Shown here: positions 37,840 to 49,598 of the stretch, piece after piece
Layout: each line of letters begins with the position of its first letter
Numbering within the stretch: position 1 is the stretch's first letter
Origin: an uncultured Gemmatimonadales bacterium
GTDB taxonomy: Bacteria > Gemmatimonadota > Gemmatimonadetes > Gemmatimonadales > Gemmatimonadaceae
NCBI GenBank assembly: GCA_963850905.1
Contig: CAWKMU010000003.1
Coordinates: 896,001-960,000, forward strand
Length of the DNA: 64,000 nucleotides
Direction of reading: 5' to 3'
The notes under the pieces: generated by a model
Database searches by the model: none
The model's input: the letters and a program-made list of their open reading frames with translations, nothing else
Told to the model about the DNA's origin: nothing
Translations under genes and position numbers: made by a program

Positions 37840-38790
37840 ATGGCGACAACTCTCTCGGAAGACGCGCTCGAAGCCCTGGCGGCGCGGTTGGGCCCCGGCC
37901 GGCTGCGGCGCGACGAGCCATTAGCGCCGTACACGACGTTCAAGATCGGTGGGCCGGCGGACCTCCTGTACGATGCCACATCGGCCGATGCGCTCGCAAA
38001 TGCGGTCGCCGCGGCGCGCGCGCTCGGCGTGCCCTTCTTCGTGCTCGGGCTCGGCGCGAACATCCTCGTCGGCGACCGCGGCGTCCGCGGGCTCGTCATA
38101 CGAAACACCGCAGGTCACTTCACGTTCCACGATGATGGACGATTGTGGGTCGAGAGCGGCGCGGTCGTGGCGCACCTCATCCGGGAAGCGGTGGCCCGTG
38201 GTTGGTCCGGGCTCGAGCATTACGTCGGCATTCCGAGCACAGTGGGAGGGGCCATTTGGCAGAATCTGCACTTCCTCTCCCCCGCACCCGCGCGCGAGCG
38301 TACGGTCTTCATCGAGGAAGTCTTTCATTCCTGCGTGCTGCTGACCGAATTCGGCTCACAGATCATTGCGGATCGGGCGGCCATGGCGTTCGCCTACGAT
38401 AGCAGCGCGTTGCACACGCGACCCGATATCGTGCTGAGCGTCGTTTTCCAGCTGACGCACGGTGACCCCGGCGAGATGCACCGCATCATGCAAGAGAACC
38501 TGAGTTGGCGCGGCGCCAAGCACCCATGGCTCGAGTACTACCCGAGCGCAGGCTCGATCTTCAAGAAGATCGCAGGGGTCGGCGCCGGCCGGCTGATCGA
38601 GCAAGCAGGTTTGAAGGGGCATCAACACGGCGGCGCGCAGATCTCACCGATCCACGCCAACATCATGGTCAACCTCGGCTTCGCCACCGCAGCCGACGTC
38701 CGCGCGCTCATCGGCATCGCGCAGGAAGCCGTCGCACAGAAGTTCGGGCAACAGCTCGAACCGGAGATCGGGTTCGTGGGAGAGTTCTAG
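37840..38790 (+). CDS. murB: UDP-N-acetylmuramate dehydrogenase (atypical)
   Basis: LAPYTTFKIGGPAD, GLGANILVGD.G, GIPSTVGGA, PSAGSIFK, HANIMVN, LEPEI. Confidence 0.88.
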   Translation: MATTLSEDALEALAARLGPGRLRRDEPLAPYTTFKIGGPADLLYDATSADALANAVAAARALGVPFFVLGLGANILVGDRGVRGLVIRNTAGHFTFHDDGRLWVESGAVVAHLIREAVARGWSGLEHYVGIPSTVGGAIWQNLHFLSPAPARERTVFIEEVFHSCVLLTEFGSQIIADRAAMAFAYDSSALHTRPDIVLSVVFQLTHGDPGEMHRIMQENLSWRGAKHPWLEYYPSAGSIFKKIAGVGAGRLIEQAGLKGHQHGGAQISPIHANIMVNLGFATAADVRALIGIAQEAVAQKFGQQLEPEIGFVGEF

Positions 38791-38842
38791 AGAGAGCTAA
38801 CCGGCAGGTGTCCGGTATGACCACGACGCTGGTTCGCGGCGG

Positions 38843-38867
38843 GTAGGGGCGACGCAATGCGTCGCCC
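38843..38867. repeat. GTAG-type REP
   Basis: GTAGGGGCGACGCAATGCGTCGCCC, identical to 57547-57571. Confidence 0.85.
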
Positions 38868-38898
38868 GTTGTTCGGCGAAACCGCACCGCGCCCGCGC

Positions 38899-41232
38899 CT
38901 ACAACGCTGCCCCCAACCGAAATACGGGCTCAAAACGGGCCCCCGGCGCCAGCGACCGGGTAATCCCGACCCCGGCGGCCCCGCCGAAGAAGCGGACCAG
39001 CACATTCAGCGAGGTCGGGATCCCCACTGTCGGTGACGAGACCGGGATCGTCATCCCGAATGGATTGACGAGGACGACGTCAGTCTTGGGATCGACGCGA
39101 TCGCCAAGCGCCACCAAAGCTCGCCGCGCCGCGAGTGTCGTCACATCTGTCCACCCGCTCTGCAGTCCGAGGGCCAACGCCGGCGACGGGCTCGGGAAGA
39201 AGAATCCGCCCACGCGAAGCGGGGCGTGCCAGAAGGGGAGCGCGAACTGGCCCTCGCCCTGCCAGATCGCTGCTTCGTTGCCGGCGAACTGTTTGTAGTC
39301 GTACGCAAGCAGCCCTTCGACCGAGCCGATCTCCAACAACTGCTGCGGCGGAATGACGGCCCCCTCCACGACGGCGGCATCGACGCGCCCGAGGAGGGTG
39401 AATGGCCCCCACGTGCGCCGGGCGGAGACCCGCGCTTCGCCACGATCCCAGGCGAGCTGGCCGACTGCGGCCTGAACGCGCAAGCGGGCGCCGATCCCTT
39501 CTCCGACGAAGCCGGCATCGATGCCCGGATTGAAGTCGAGGGTCACGGCACTCTGGAAATACGACCCGGGCAACACATTGCGATTCGGACGGAAGAGCGA
39601 ATCGCTCATGAAGACGGAAGGTGCAAAGATCCCGTGAGTCAGCAGCGCCCGCACGCCTGCGTCGTTACCCGGGCCCGCCTCGAGATGCACGAGGAACCGG
39701 CTGCCCCCGGCGGGCGTCAGCCACTCGCGCAGTGCATAGATGGTGGCGCTTCTCCGGTCGACGTAGTCGTAGTTGTCCTGCAGGAAGAGCGCTTCCAGGA
39801 ACGGGCCGCTCGTAAAGACGGTGGTGAAATCGTTTGTGATGTCCAGATACCGCGATGCCTGCACACCAACCAACCACGGCGAATGCTGCCACTCCGCGCT
39901 CGCGCCCCCGCGGGCCGTCCCCTCGGTCCACGCCCACCCCGCGTTGGCGCGGACCGTGAGTCCGGGGGCGGCATCCCGAAAGTGGATGCTCGCCCCAACG
40001 CCGGTAAACAGCCCTTCGACACGGTCGAAATGCACGAACTCGCCCAGTCGCTGGGTGCCGAATTCGACCTGTGGTGGCCCGCTCGTCCGCCACTGATTCG
40101 GCGCCACGTCGTTGAAGTCGGAGTCCTGTACGGCGCGAGTGGCGAGCCCAATGGGTCGTTGCCAGTCTGAGAAGCCGAGCAAACTGTCGCTCGGGGCGAT
40201 CGACAGGACATGGGGGAGCGCGCGCAGTGTGTCGGTCGCCAGCGCCGTATCGCTTGCCACACTGTCGATGCGCTGCCTCGATCCGGCTCCCGGATTCCCT
40301 GTGGCAGGCTGCCCACCACCGACCAACGCGGTGGCCGCCGTCGTATCGTTCAGGGTGTAGGGGCGGAAGTGGGTGACGATCCGGAAAATGGACCGCGCAT
40401 CGCCAAGGAACGGCGACGACACCTCACCCTCGATGCGCTGGACATCGGGCAGCCAGTAGTGGCCCGCGACCTGGCGATTCGTCAAGTCGATGAACGCCGC
40501 GGTGCGGTACGCGACACTCTGCAGGCTGGCGGAGAGACGTCGATGCCCACCGACCGTCTCGAAAGCACCACGCAATCGCACGATCGCGGCACCCTCCATG
40601 TCCACGTACACATCGCCGCGAAACACAACGGTGCGAGCAGGCAGTCCGGGGCGCGGCGTCACGTGTACCACGGCCACCGGGATTGTGCGTCCGAGGACGG
40701 ACAGTTTGAGCGCCGTGTCGCCACCCGCAAACCGGTACACCGAGTCCCGATCCACGGCAAACGGATGCACCACGCGGACCGCCGTGTCGCGCGCGATGGC
40801 CCGCCGAGCCGTGCGGGTGGAATCACGCCCAAGAAACAAACCGAGGCGATTGCCGTAGAGTACAGGGACGATCCACGCCTGCTTGATGAACGCGAGGGCC
40901 GAGATGTTGAGCCCGGAGAGTTGCGAGCGGTAGCCGATGAGGTGCTGCGCGAAGGCGCCCGTCCGCGCCCACCGGGCCCGACTCTCGATCTCCTCGACCT
41001 GCGTTGCCCCCTCGGTGCCATCAGGCTGGCGGACGACTAGTGACAGCTCGCTCTCGGCGATCACTTGATACGACTCGAGACCCGGCGGAACGACGGTATT
41101 TCGACGTGATGCTCGCTCAACCAATGCCTTCAGCGCGGGTGATGCATACGTCGGCACGGAATCGCGAGGCACCTGGCAGATGACTTGCCCCTGCACCGCG
41201 CAGATGAGCGGCAAGAGATACCGGAGACACAC
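38899..41232 (-). CDS. Large hypothetical outer-membrane protein (DUF5686-like C-terminal barrel)
   Basis: Long ORF; HFDRVEGLFTG, DNYDYVDRR, PPQQLLEIG, YDYKQFAG motifs. Confidence 0.75.
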   Translation of the reverse strand: MCLRYLLPLICAVQGQVICQVPRDSVPTYASPALKALVERASRRNTVVPPGLESYQVIAESELSLVVRQPDGTEGATQVEEIESRARWARTGAFAQHLIGYRSQLSGLNISALAFIKQAWIVPVLYGNRLGLFLGRDSTRTARRAIARDTAVRVVHPFAVDRDSVYRFAGGDTALKLSVLGRTIPVAVVHVTPRPGLPARTVVFRGDVYVDMEGAAIVRLRGAFETVGGHRRLSASLQSVAYRTAAFIDLTNRQVAGHYWLPDVQRIEGEVSSPFLGDARSIFRIVTHFRPYTLNDTTAATALVGGGQPATGNPGAGSRQRIDSVASDTALATDTLRALPHVLSIAPSDSLLGFSDWQRPIGLATRAVQDSDFNDVAPNQWRTSGPPQVEFGTQRLGEFVHFDRVEGLFTGVGASIHFRDAAPGLTVRANAGWAWTEGTARGGASAEWQHSPWLVGVQASRYLDITNDFTTVFTSGPFLEALFLQDNYDYVDRRSATIYALREWLTPAGGSRFLVHLEAGPGNDAGVRALLTHGIFAPSVFMSDSLFRPNRNVLPGSYFQSAVTLDFNPGIDAGFVGEGIGARLRVQAAVGQLAWDRGEARVSARRTWGPFTLLGRVDAAVVEGAVIPPQQLLEIGSVEGLLAYDYKQFAGNEAAIWQGEGQFALPFWHAPLRVGGFFFPSPSPALALGLQSGWTDVTTLAARRALVALGDRVDPKTDVVLVNPFGMTIPVSSPTVGIPTSLNVLVRFFGGAAGVGITRSLAPGARFEPVFRLGAAL

Positions 41233-41273
41233 GTCTGGTCAGAGTTGAGCGAGGCACATCATCTTTATCAAAT

Positions 41274-42140
41274 ATGGCTCGATCAGCCCGCCGGGTCTCA
41301 ACGCCCTCACAATTGACGACGTATTGGGAGGCGAGCCGAGCACCCCGGTATAGCGTTCTGATCGCGATCCCCCTCCTCATTGCGTACGAGGCGCTCGCGG
41401 CTTTTCTGTCAACGGGGCGGACGGCGGAGCTCCGAAACGGAGCCGACGTCCTCCTCCGCGAACTGTTCCTGACCGTCGCGGGTCGGACCTATGCCCCGCT
41501 GATCTTCGGGGTGAGCGTGATCGGCCTGAGTGCATGGTACATCGCGCGCGACCTTCGCGCCGCCCGGACGCCGCTCCGGGGTTGGGTGTTTGCCGCGATG
41601 TTGCTCGAGGCCGGCTTGCTTGCGCTCTGCTTCGGTACGGTGATTGGTTCGCTCGTGTCGCATTTGCTCGGCGTAGTCGCGTCCAGGAGCGCCGCAGATC
41701 TCATCGTCGGATACGCGAGCGGTGGACCGCTTTCGTGGGTCGTACCATGGGTGACCCATCACTTGGGCCCTGGCGGAGCGATACCACCCGGCGGATCGAT
41801 CGAGACTGCGCCAACCGCGACCAAAGTCATGCTCGCGCTCGGGGCCGGTGTGTACGAAGAGCTGGTCTTTCGAGTCTTGCTGGTCTCCCTGATCGCGGTC
41901 ATCGCCCGTCGCATCTTCAGTCTCCGTCCGGTCCTCTCTGCGACCGTCGCGGTCGTGTGCTCAGCCCTGATCTTCGCGACATTTCACTACGTTGGACCCT
42001 ACGGCGATCCGCTTCGGCTCGACTCGTTCATGTTTCGTTTCATCGGGGGCCTGGCTTTCAGCGCGCTCTATGTTACGCGTGGCTTCGGTATCACGGCGTG
42101 GACGCACGCGTTGTACGATTTGCTGACGCTTGTGGCGTGA
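41274..42140 (+). CDS. CPBP-family glutamic intramembrane protease
   Basis: AGVYEELVFR, FATFHY, WTHALYD. Confidence 0.9.
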   Translation: MARSARRVSTPSQLTTYWEASRAPRYSVLIAIPLLIAYEALAAFLSTGRTAELRNGADVLLRELFLTVAGRTYAPLIFGVSVIGLSAWYIARDLRAARTPLRGWVFAAMLLEAGLLALCFGTVIGSLVSHLLGVVASRSAADLIVGYASGGPLSWVVPWVTHHLGPGGAIPPGGSIETAPTATKVMLALGAGVYEELVFRVLLVSLIAVIARRIFSLRPVLSATVAVVCSALIFATFHYVGPYGDPLRLDSFMFRFIGGLAFSALYVTRGFGITAWTHALYDLLTLVA

Positions 42141-42194
42141 CGGCGGGGGGGCACCCGCGACCGCACCGTTGACCCCTGGCCCGGGACCCGCCAG

Positions 42195-44134
<1,940 letters not shown>

Positions 44135-44138
<4 letters not shown>

Positions 44139-44503
44139 GGCCGCTCGCTCGCCTGATCAGTCGTGATCCAATCCTTCCAGGCAGACTCATCGAGACCGAG
44201 GGTCAAACGTTGCTGCCACCGCACCATGGGCGCACGCAACAACGCCGGTTCCTCGGCCAAGCGTGCCAACCAGCGCTCGTCGGACTGGCGCGCTGCGCCG
44301 AGCCCCAGCTCGGCGAATCGCTTGCCCTCCCGATCGATGAGCGCGCCCACCCCGAACTTCTGTGCGAAGCGTTTCAACTCCCCGAGCGATGCGGCCCGTT
44401 CGGCCAGGTCGACGAAATGCACCCGCACCCGGCGCTCGGCAAAGAACCGCAATGCTTTGCGCGTGTCCGCGCTCCGCTTCGTCCCGAAGATCTGCACTTC
44501 CAT
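44135..44503 (-). CDS. ArsC/Spx/MgsR-family protein lacking cysteine
   Basis: QIFG...DTRKALRFF, LLRAPMVR..LTLG. Confidence 0.85.
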
Positions 44504-44513
44504 GCAGGGAAAA

Positions 44514-44541
44514 TAGACGCTAGACGCTAGACGTTGGACGC
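44514..44541. repeat. Isolated TAGACGC heptamer arm overlapping a stop codon
   Basis: TAGACGCTAGACGCTAGACGTTGGACGC. Confidence 0.75.
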
Positions 44542-45405
44542 CCGTGCTGGGGCCGACGTGCCCGTCAGCTCCTTGCTCATGACCTCGAGGTCATAGCCGT
44601 CCCGGCGAATCCGCAAATCGTAGTACAACAGCGTCACGAACACGGTGTAGACCGGATACACGAACACGTTAATGGTGCCGGTGAGGATGGTGTACGCGGT
44701 CATGAGACCGGGATACTGCACCGTCAGCGCGGCGCCCAGTCCCAACAGCAGGGCGAAGAGCGCGGCGAAGATAAAGAACACCAGTACGAACACCCCCATG
44801 ATGCGCCAGACCGCCCCCTCGGTCAGCGCCATCGACCGCGAGAAGGCATTACCTACGGTCGTGCCCTCCAACACAATCACCATGGGAACGGCGAAAATGC
44901 GCGCATATGTCGAGAGGAACCCCAGGACAACGCCCGCGAGCCCTACGGCGCCTCCCGCGATCGTAGCGGCCCCGCCAACGCGTCCGCCCATCGTCGCGGT
45001 CATACCGGTAGCGAGGAACGCGAACACCATGACCAGGACCAGCATGACGGCGAAAACGGTGATGATCGTGGCGAACGTGCCGCCGAGAATCGGCAGCAGG
45101 CGCGCGAGGACCCGCCGTATCGCGTACAGCACATCGACCCGGTCGTGCACATAGCTGTCCGACACGCCAACCGTTACAGCCGCCGTGCTGAGGAGAGCAA
45201 GAATGGCGACGACGAAGAAGGCAGCGAAGTAGCCGGGCGACGGCATGGTCGCGCGTTGCGGCGCCATCGCCGTTACCTCGAGGACGATCACGGGAATCAG
45301 AAACACGGCCGCGATCGACACGAATTGGAGGTAGTGCCGGCGCAGCAACTGAAACGCCGCATCGACGAGCTCCGTTGCCGTGCGGGGTCGAAGGACAGTC
45401 GGCAT
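44527..45405 (-). CDS. Integral membrane protein (glycerophosphodiester phosphodiesterase membrane-domain-like)
   Basis: LRPR...ELVDAAF.LLR, AFSRSMALT.G, LLYYDLRIRRDGYDLE. Confidence 0.82.
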   Translation of the reverse strand: MPTVLRPRTATELVDAAFQLLRRHYLQFVSIAAVFLIPVIVLEVTAMAPQRATMPSPGYFAAFFVVAILALLSTAAVTVGVSDSYVHDRVDVLYAIRRVLARLLPILGGTFATIITVFAVMLVLVMVFAFLATGMTATMGGRVGGAATIAGGAVGLAGVVLGFLSTYARIFAVPMVIVLEGTTVGNAFSRSMALTEGAVWRIMGVFVLVFFIFAALFALLLGLGAALTVQYPGLMTAYTILTGTINVFVYPVYTVFVTLLYYDLRIRRDGYDLEVMSKELTGTSAPARASNV

Positions 45406-45549
45406 GACTCTCGTATCCCATCTGTGAAAGGCCGGCGCTAATACTAGCAGACTCGCGCGTGAGCGTGCGGGAACGGCAAGAAGCCGTCTGTTATCTAACT
45501 TCCCCTATCCCCCTGGTGACGCACTCCGTCTTCCTTCGTCTCGAGCCCC

Positions 45550-46539
45550 TTGCCGCCCTACCGCCCTTCCTGGTGGCTTCCCAATCGACATGCCCGCACG
45601 CTCTGGCCGCGGTTCGTCCGGCGCATCCCCGCAGTGGCTACGCGGACCGAGCAATGGGACACGCCGGACGGCGATGTGGTGGAAGTCCATCGGCTGACCG
45701 CGCACTCGCCCGAGGCGCCGCAGCTAGTCGTGCTCCACGGTCTTGAAGGGACTGCGCGGTCGCACTATGCCAGGGGTGCACTGGCTGAGGCGCGCCGACG
45801 TGGTTGGGGCGCGTACTTGCTGTTGTTCCGCTCGTGTGGCGATGCGCCGAACCGAACGCGCCAATTCTACCACTCGGGTGAGACGGGAGACCTGGGGTTC
45901 GTCGTCGAACGTGTCTTGGCAAATCATCCCCGGGCGCCGATAGTGCTGGTGGGCTACTCACTCGGCGGCAATGTCCTCCTCAAGTGGCTCGGCGAGCAGG
46001 GAGATGCCGCATCACCGCGCATTCGTGGAGCCGCTGCCGTGTCGGTGCCGTTCGATCTGGCGCGCGGATCCCGACACATCCAGCGCGGGTTCGCGCGGGT
46101 CTACCAAGCGCATTTTCTCCGCTCGCTGAAGCGGAAAACCTTCGAGAAGTTGTCGCGGTTTCCCGACATTGCCGACCCCGCACGCGTCGCCGGCGTGCGG
46201 ACATTGTACGATTTCGATGACCTGGTGACCGGGCCGTTGCATGGGTTCGCTGGAGCGGACGACTACTACGCGCGATCGAGCGCGCTGAGATTCCTGTCGC
46301 GAATTCGCGTGCCGACGCTGCTCCTGAGTGCCTTCGACGATCCCTTTCTCCCTGCGGCGGTGCTTGATGAAGTCCGCGCCATTGCAGAGCGGACACCAGC
46401 CCTCATGGTGGAATTCGTCTCGCGGGGCGGCCACGTGGGATTCATCAGCGGTCCGCCGTGGCGGCCGTTCTACTGGGGGGAGTGGGTGGTTGGCGAGTTT
46501 CTGGAGGAGAGTGTGAGAACGATAGACGCTGGACGCTGA
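45550..46539 (+). CDS. YheT-family alpha/beta hydrolase
   Basis: HGLEG, YHSGETGD, GYSLGGN, DDPF, GGHVGF. Confidence 0.92.
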   Translation: MPPYRPSWWLPNRHARTLWPRFVRRIPAVATRTEQWDTPDGDVVEVHRLTAHSPEAPQLVVLHGLEGTARSHYARGALAEARRRGWGAYLLLFRSCGDAPNRTRQFYHSGETGDLGFVVERVLANHPRAPIVLVGYSLGGNVLLKWLGEQGDAASPRIRGAAAVSVPFDLARGSRHIQRGFARVYQAHFLRSLKRKTFEKLSRFPDIADPARVAGVRTLYDFDDLVTGPLHGFAGADDYYARSSALRFLSRIRVPTLLLSAFDDPFLPAAVLDEVRAIAERTPALMVEFVSRGGHVGFISGPPWRPFYWGEWVVGEFLEESVRTIDAGR

Positions 46540-46617
46540 CGCTGGAGACAAACCTTGAGTGCAGGCTAGTGCACAGTGGCAGGACCTGGAGGGTTGTTCT
46601 CCAGCGTCTAGCGTCTA
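46523..46617. repeat. Heptamer-armed palindromic element between convergent genes
   Basis: TAGACGCTGGACGCTGACGCTGG-AGACAAACC..AGTGCACAGTGG..GGTTGTTCT-CCAGCGTCTAGCGTCTA; both stop codons lie in the arms. Confidence 0.88.
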
Positions 46618-47961
46618 GCCCCTAATCCTCACCACCGCCACGCACCCTCGCGCACCCCGCCTGTCCGCGAGCGTCAGTGTGCCGCCATGCGCCTCGGCGA
46701 TCTGGCGGCACAGGACGAGACCGATACCCGAGCCGTGCGGCTTGGTCGTGTAGAACGGCACGAACAGGTTCGCGGTCCCGGCGAGCCCCGGACCGTCGTC
46801 GACCACGCGGACCTCAGCGCCGTCATCGATTGCGGACCACGAGAGGGTGACGCCGCCACTAGTCTCCAGCGCAGCGTCGGCTGCATTGCGGACGAGGTTG
46901 ATGAGGAGCTGGTCGAGTTGATCGGCGTCCGCCGAGATGGTCAGCGGCGGACCCGGCGACAGGGCAACGCTCAGACGTGTCTCGAGTGTCGCGGTTCGGC
47001 GGACCCACGCCTCGACCTCGACTGGCGCGCGGTTTGGCGGCGGCAGCTTTGCGAGCCGCGCGTACGACGACATGAGTCGCCCCAGTGCCTCAGAGCGTGC
47101 CGCGATGACGCCGAGACCACGAGAGACATCGGCGCCCAGATCGGGCGGCGCGGGATCGCGCGCCACCAACGCACGCAGGGTTTGGGCGATGGATTGGATC
47201 GGCGCCATCGAGTTGTTGATCTCGTGGCTCAGCACACGCACGATGCGCTGCCACGCGACGAGTTGCTCCTCGCGTAGCGTTCGACTGAGATCCGTGAGGA
47301 CCAGGAGCGTGTGAGAGCGGCCGCCTTGTCGGACACGTGTGCGTCGCACGCCCCACCGGCCGCCGCCGCCAGGCCAGGTCACGTCCTCGACACGCGGCAC
47401 CTCGCCGGTCAGGACTGGCGCCAACTGCAGCGCGGCAGCCTCGCGCCCCAGAAGGCGTTCTCCCGGGAGTGCTAGCAGCCGTTCCCCCGCGCGGTTGATC
47501 AGGCGGAGCCGATCCTCCTCGTCGAAGACGAAGATCGCCACGTCGATTTCCGCCATCACCGTCCGCAAGAGAGCCGTCGCTTCCATCTCACCGAGGCGAT
47601 TGACCCGCAAGAGCTCACTGAGCATGTTCGTTTCGAGCAGTGCGAGTCCCAGTGGATCGTCCGGGCGAGCGCCAAAGACGCGAATCGTGTAGTCGCCCTC
47701 CCGCAGCGACGCGACAGCGTTGGCGAGAGTCTGGAGCGGGCGCACGACCGTCGACCGCACGAGCCACGCGCCGCCGATCCAGCATGCGCCGAGCGCCCCG
47801 AGTGTCACCCAGCGTACCGCGGGCGCGACCCCCGCTCGCTGTAATGCGATTGCCACGACGACCATGCTCGGCAGCGCGGGCACGAGCGCCAGTGCGACGA
47901 CGCGCTGCTCATGGCGCACCCGATCCCAGAGCCGCAGGCGTGGGCTGTCCGTCTCGTTCAT
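46615..47961 (-). CDS. Sensor histidine kinase (2 TM, HAMP, PAS, HATPase)
   Basis: LSHEINNS, NLVRNA, DDGPG, FYTTK..GSGIGL. Confidence 0.95.
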   Translation of the reverse strand: MNETDSPRLRLWDRVRHEQRVVALALVPALPSMVVVAIALQRAGVAPAVRWVTLGALGACWIGGAWLVRSTVVRPLQTLANAVASLREGDYTIRVFGARPDDPLGLALLETNMLSELLRVNRLGEMEATALLRTVMAEIDVAIFVFDEEDRLRLINRAGERLLALPGERLLGREAAALQLAPVLTGEVPRVEDVTWPGGGGRWGVRRTRVRQGGRSHTLLVLTDLSRTLREEQLVAWQRIVRVLSHEINNSMAPIQSIAQTLRALVARDPAPPDLGADVSRGLGVIAARSEALGRLMSSYARLAKLPPPNRAPVEVEAWVRRTATLETRLSVALSPGPPLTISADADQLDQLLINLVRNAADAALETSGGVTLSWSAIDDGAEVRVVDDGPGLAGTANLFVPFYTTKPHGSGIGLVLCRQIAEAHGGTLTLADRRGARGCVAVVRIRG

Positions 47962-48041
47962 GACGCCCGATCGCTATTGGTCACAAAGGAGAAGGTAGTG
48001 CGGAGCAGGAACGGCGGGGTCACCCCCGCCGTTCGGCCCGT

Positions 48042-49417
48042 TCAAGTCTGATTGGTACCCTCGAGACGGCGATACAGCGCGCTGCGACTCAGACCGAGGG
48101 CCTTGGCAGCCTGACTGACGTTGCCGCCAAACCGCGCCAGCGCGCGCTCGATGATCGCACGCTCGGCTTCAGCGAGCGTGAGGTCTTCGAGACGGGCTGG
48201 AGGCCCCGGAGGCCGGAGACCCAAGTCACCCGCTCGCACGGTTGCGCCCTGCGCCAACAACACGCCGCGCTCCACTGCGTGATCGAGCTCCCGGACGTTG
48301 CCGGGCCAGCTGTGGGTGAGCAGGGCCTGTGCGGCGCCTGCCTCGAGGGTGAGGCCTCGCCGTCCGTAGCGCAACGCATGCCGCTCGAGGAAGTGGCGGG
48401 CGAGGGGCAGAATGTCCTCGCGCCGATCCCGCAGCGGCGGCAGTGGGATCTCGATGGTGTTGATGCGGAAGAGCAGATCTTCGCGGAACCGACCGCCGAC
48501 GACTTCGTCGCGGAGGTCGGCGTTAGTGGCCGCAAGGATGCGCACGTCCACACGCTTCATGCGCGACGATCCGACGCGTTCGACCTCGCGCGTCTGCAGC
48601 ACGCGCAGCAGCTTCGCTTGTTGCGAGAGCGAGATGTTGGCGATCTCGTCCAGGAAGAGCGAGCCGCCATCGGCCAGCTCGAAACGTCCGGCGCGGTCGG
48701 TCTTGGCGTCGGTGAATGCGCCGCGCACGTGGCCGAAGAGCTCACTCTCGAAGAGGCCTTCCGAAAGTCCGCCGAGGTTGACTGCGGTGAACGGCTTGGG
48801 CGCCCGTACGGACGCGGCGTGCAGCCACTGCGCGACCAGCTCCTTGCCAGTCCCGTGCTCGCCGGTGATCAGGACGTTGGCGTCCGACGGGCCGATGCGG
48901 GCCATGAGATCGAGCACCGGCCGCATGCGCGGCGACTCCGCGATCAGGAGCGGCCGGCCGGACGTCCCTTGCAAGCGTATCGATCTCGGTCTGCAGCTGC
49001 CGGCCCAGCACGCAGCGCCCGGCCCATCTCGATCTGCCGGCGCAGGGTGAGCAACAGTCGCGTGTTGTCCCACGGCTTCTCGACATAGTCGTACGCCCCA
49101 CGCCGCATCGCCTCGACGGCGCCGTCGACGCTGCCCCACGCCGTCATGACCGAAACGGGCAAGGTCGCATCGATCGCCCGAATCCGGGCGAGCAGGTCGA
49201 GCCCCTCCTGACCCGAGGTCGTGTCGCGCGCGTAGTTCAGATCGATGAGCGCGGCGTCGAAATCATGGTGCTGCACGGCGAGCAGGATTCCGGCCGGCGA
49301 GAGCGCCGTCTCGACGTCGTAGCCCTCGCCTTTGAGCAGGAGCTGCAGCGCCTCGAGGATGTCGGGCTGATCGTCCGCGACGAGAATCCGCGCTAGCCGC
49401 GTCATCGTCGTCGTCAT
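48042..49417 (-). CDS. Sigma54-dependent (NtrC-family) response regulator, apparent frameshifts near 49005 and 48970
   Basis: REC domain (ILVADD, DLNY, TAWG, KPW) in ORF 48944-49417; AAA+ (GEHGTGKE, GAFTDA, LFLDEI, WPGNVREL) and Fis HTH in ORF 48042-49139. Confidence 0.92.
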
Positions 49418-49598
49418 GGCGTTGGCGTCATTGGAAGTGTCGCGGTCATAGTCTGTCTACCTGTGCTGCTGTATGTCTACGTCTACGCCTGCTTCGCACT
49501 GTCTCGGGCGCGGCAGCGCGCGCGGCGCCATGCGTCGCCCGGCGTTGGCGTCGCCAAAATGTTCGACTTCGCGCCGCCGTTGCGTCGCGCGCACATGA

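Noticed and set aside
48009..48034. Rho-independent terminator (GAACGGCGGGG-TCAC-CCCCGCCGTTC)
   Set aside because: Strong hairpin but no U-tract, and it lies between co-oriented regulator and kinase genes; function unclear.
48042..49417. Genuinely split REC and AAA+ genes or programmed frameshift
   Set aside because: Removing two single bases restores a normal linker (RALRAGRQLQTEIDTLQGTSGRPLLIAES); this fits the error pattern seen elsewhere in the window.
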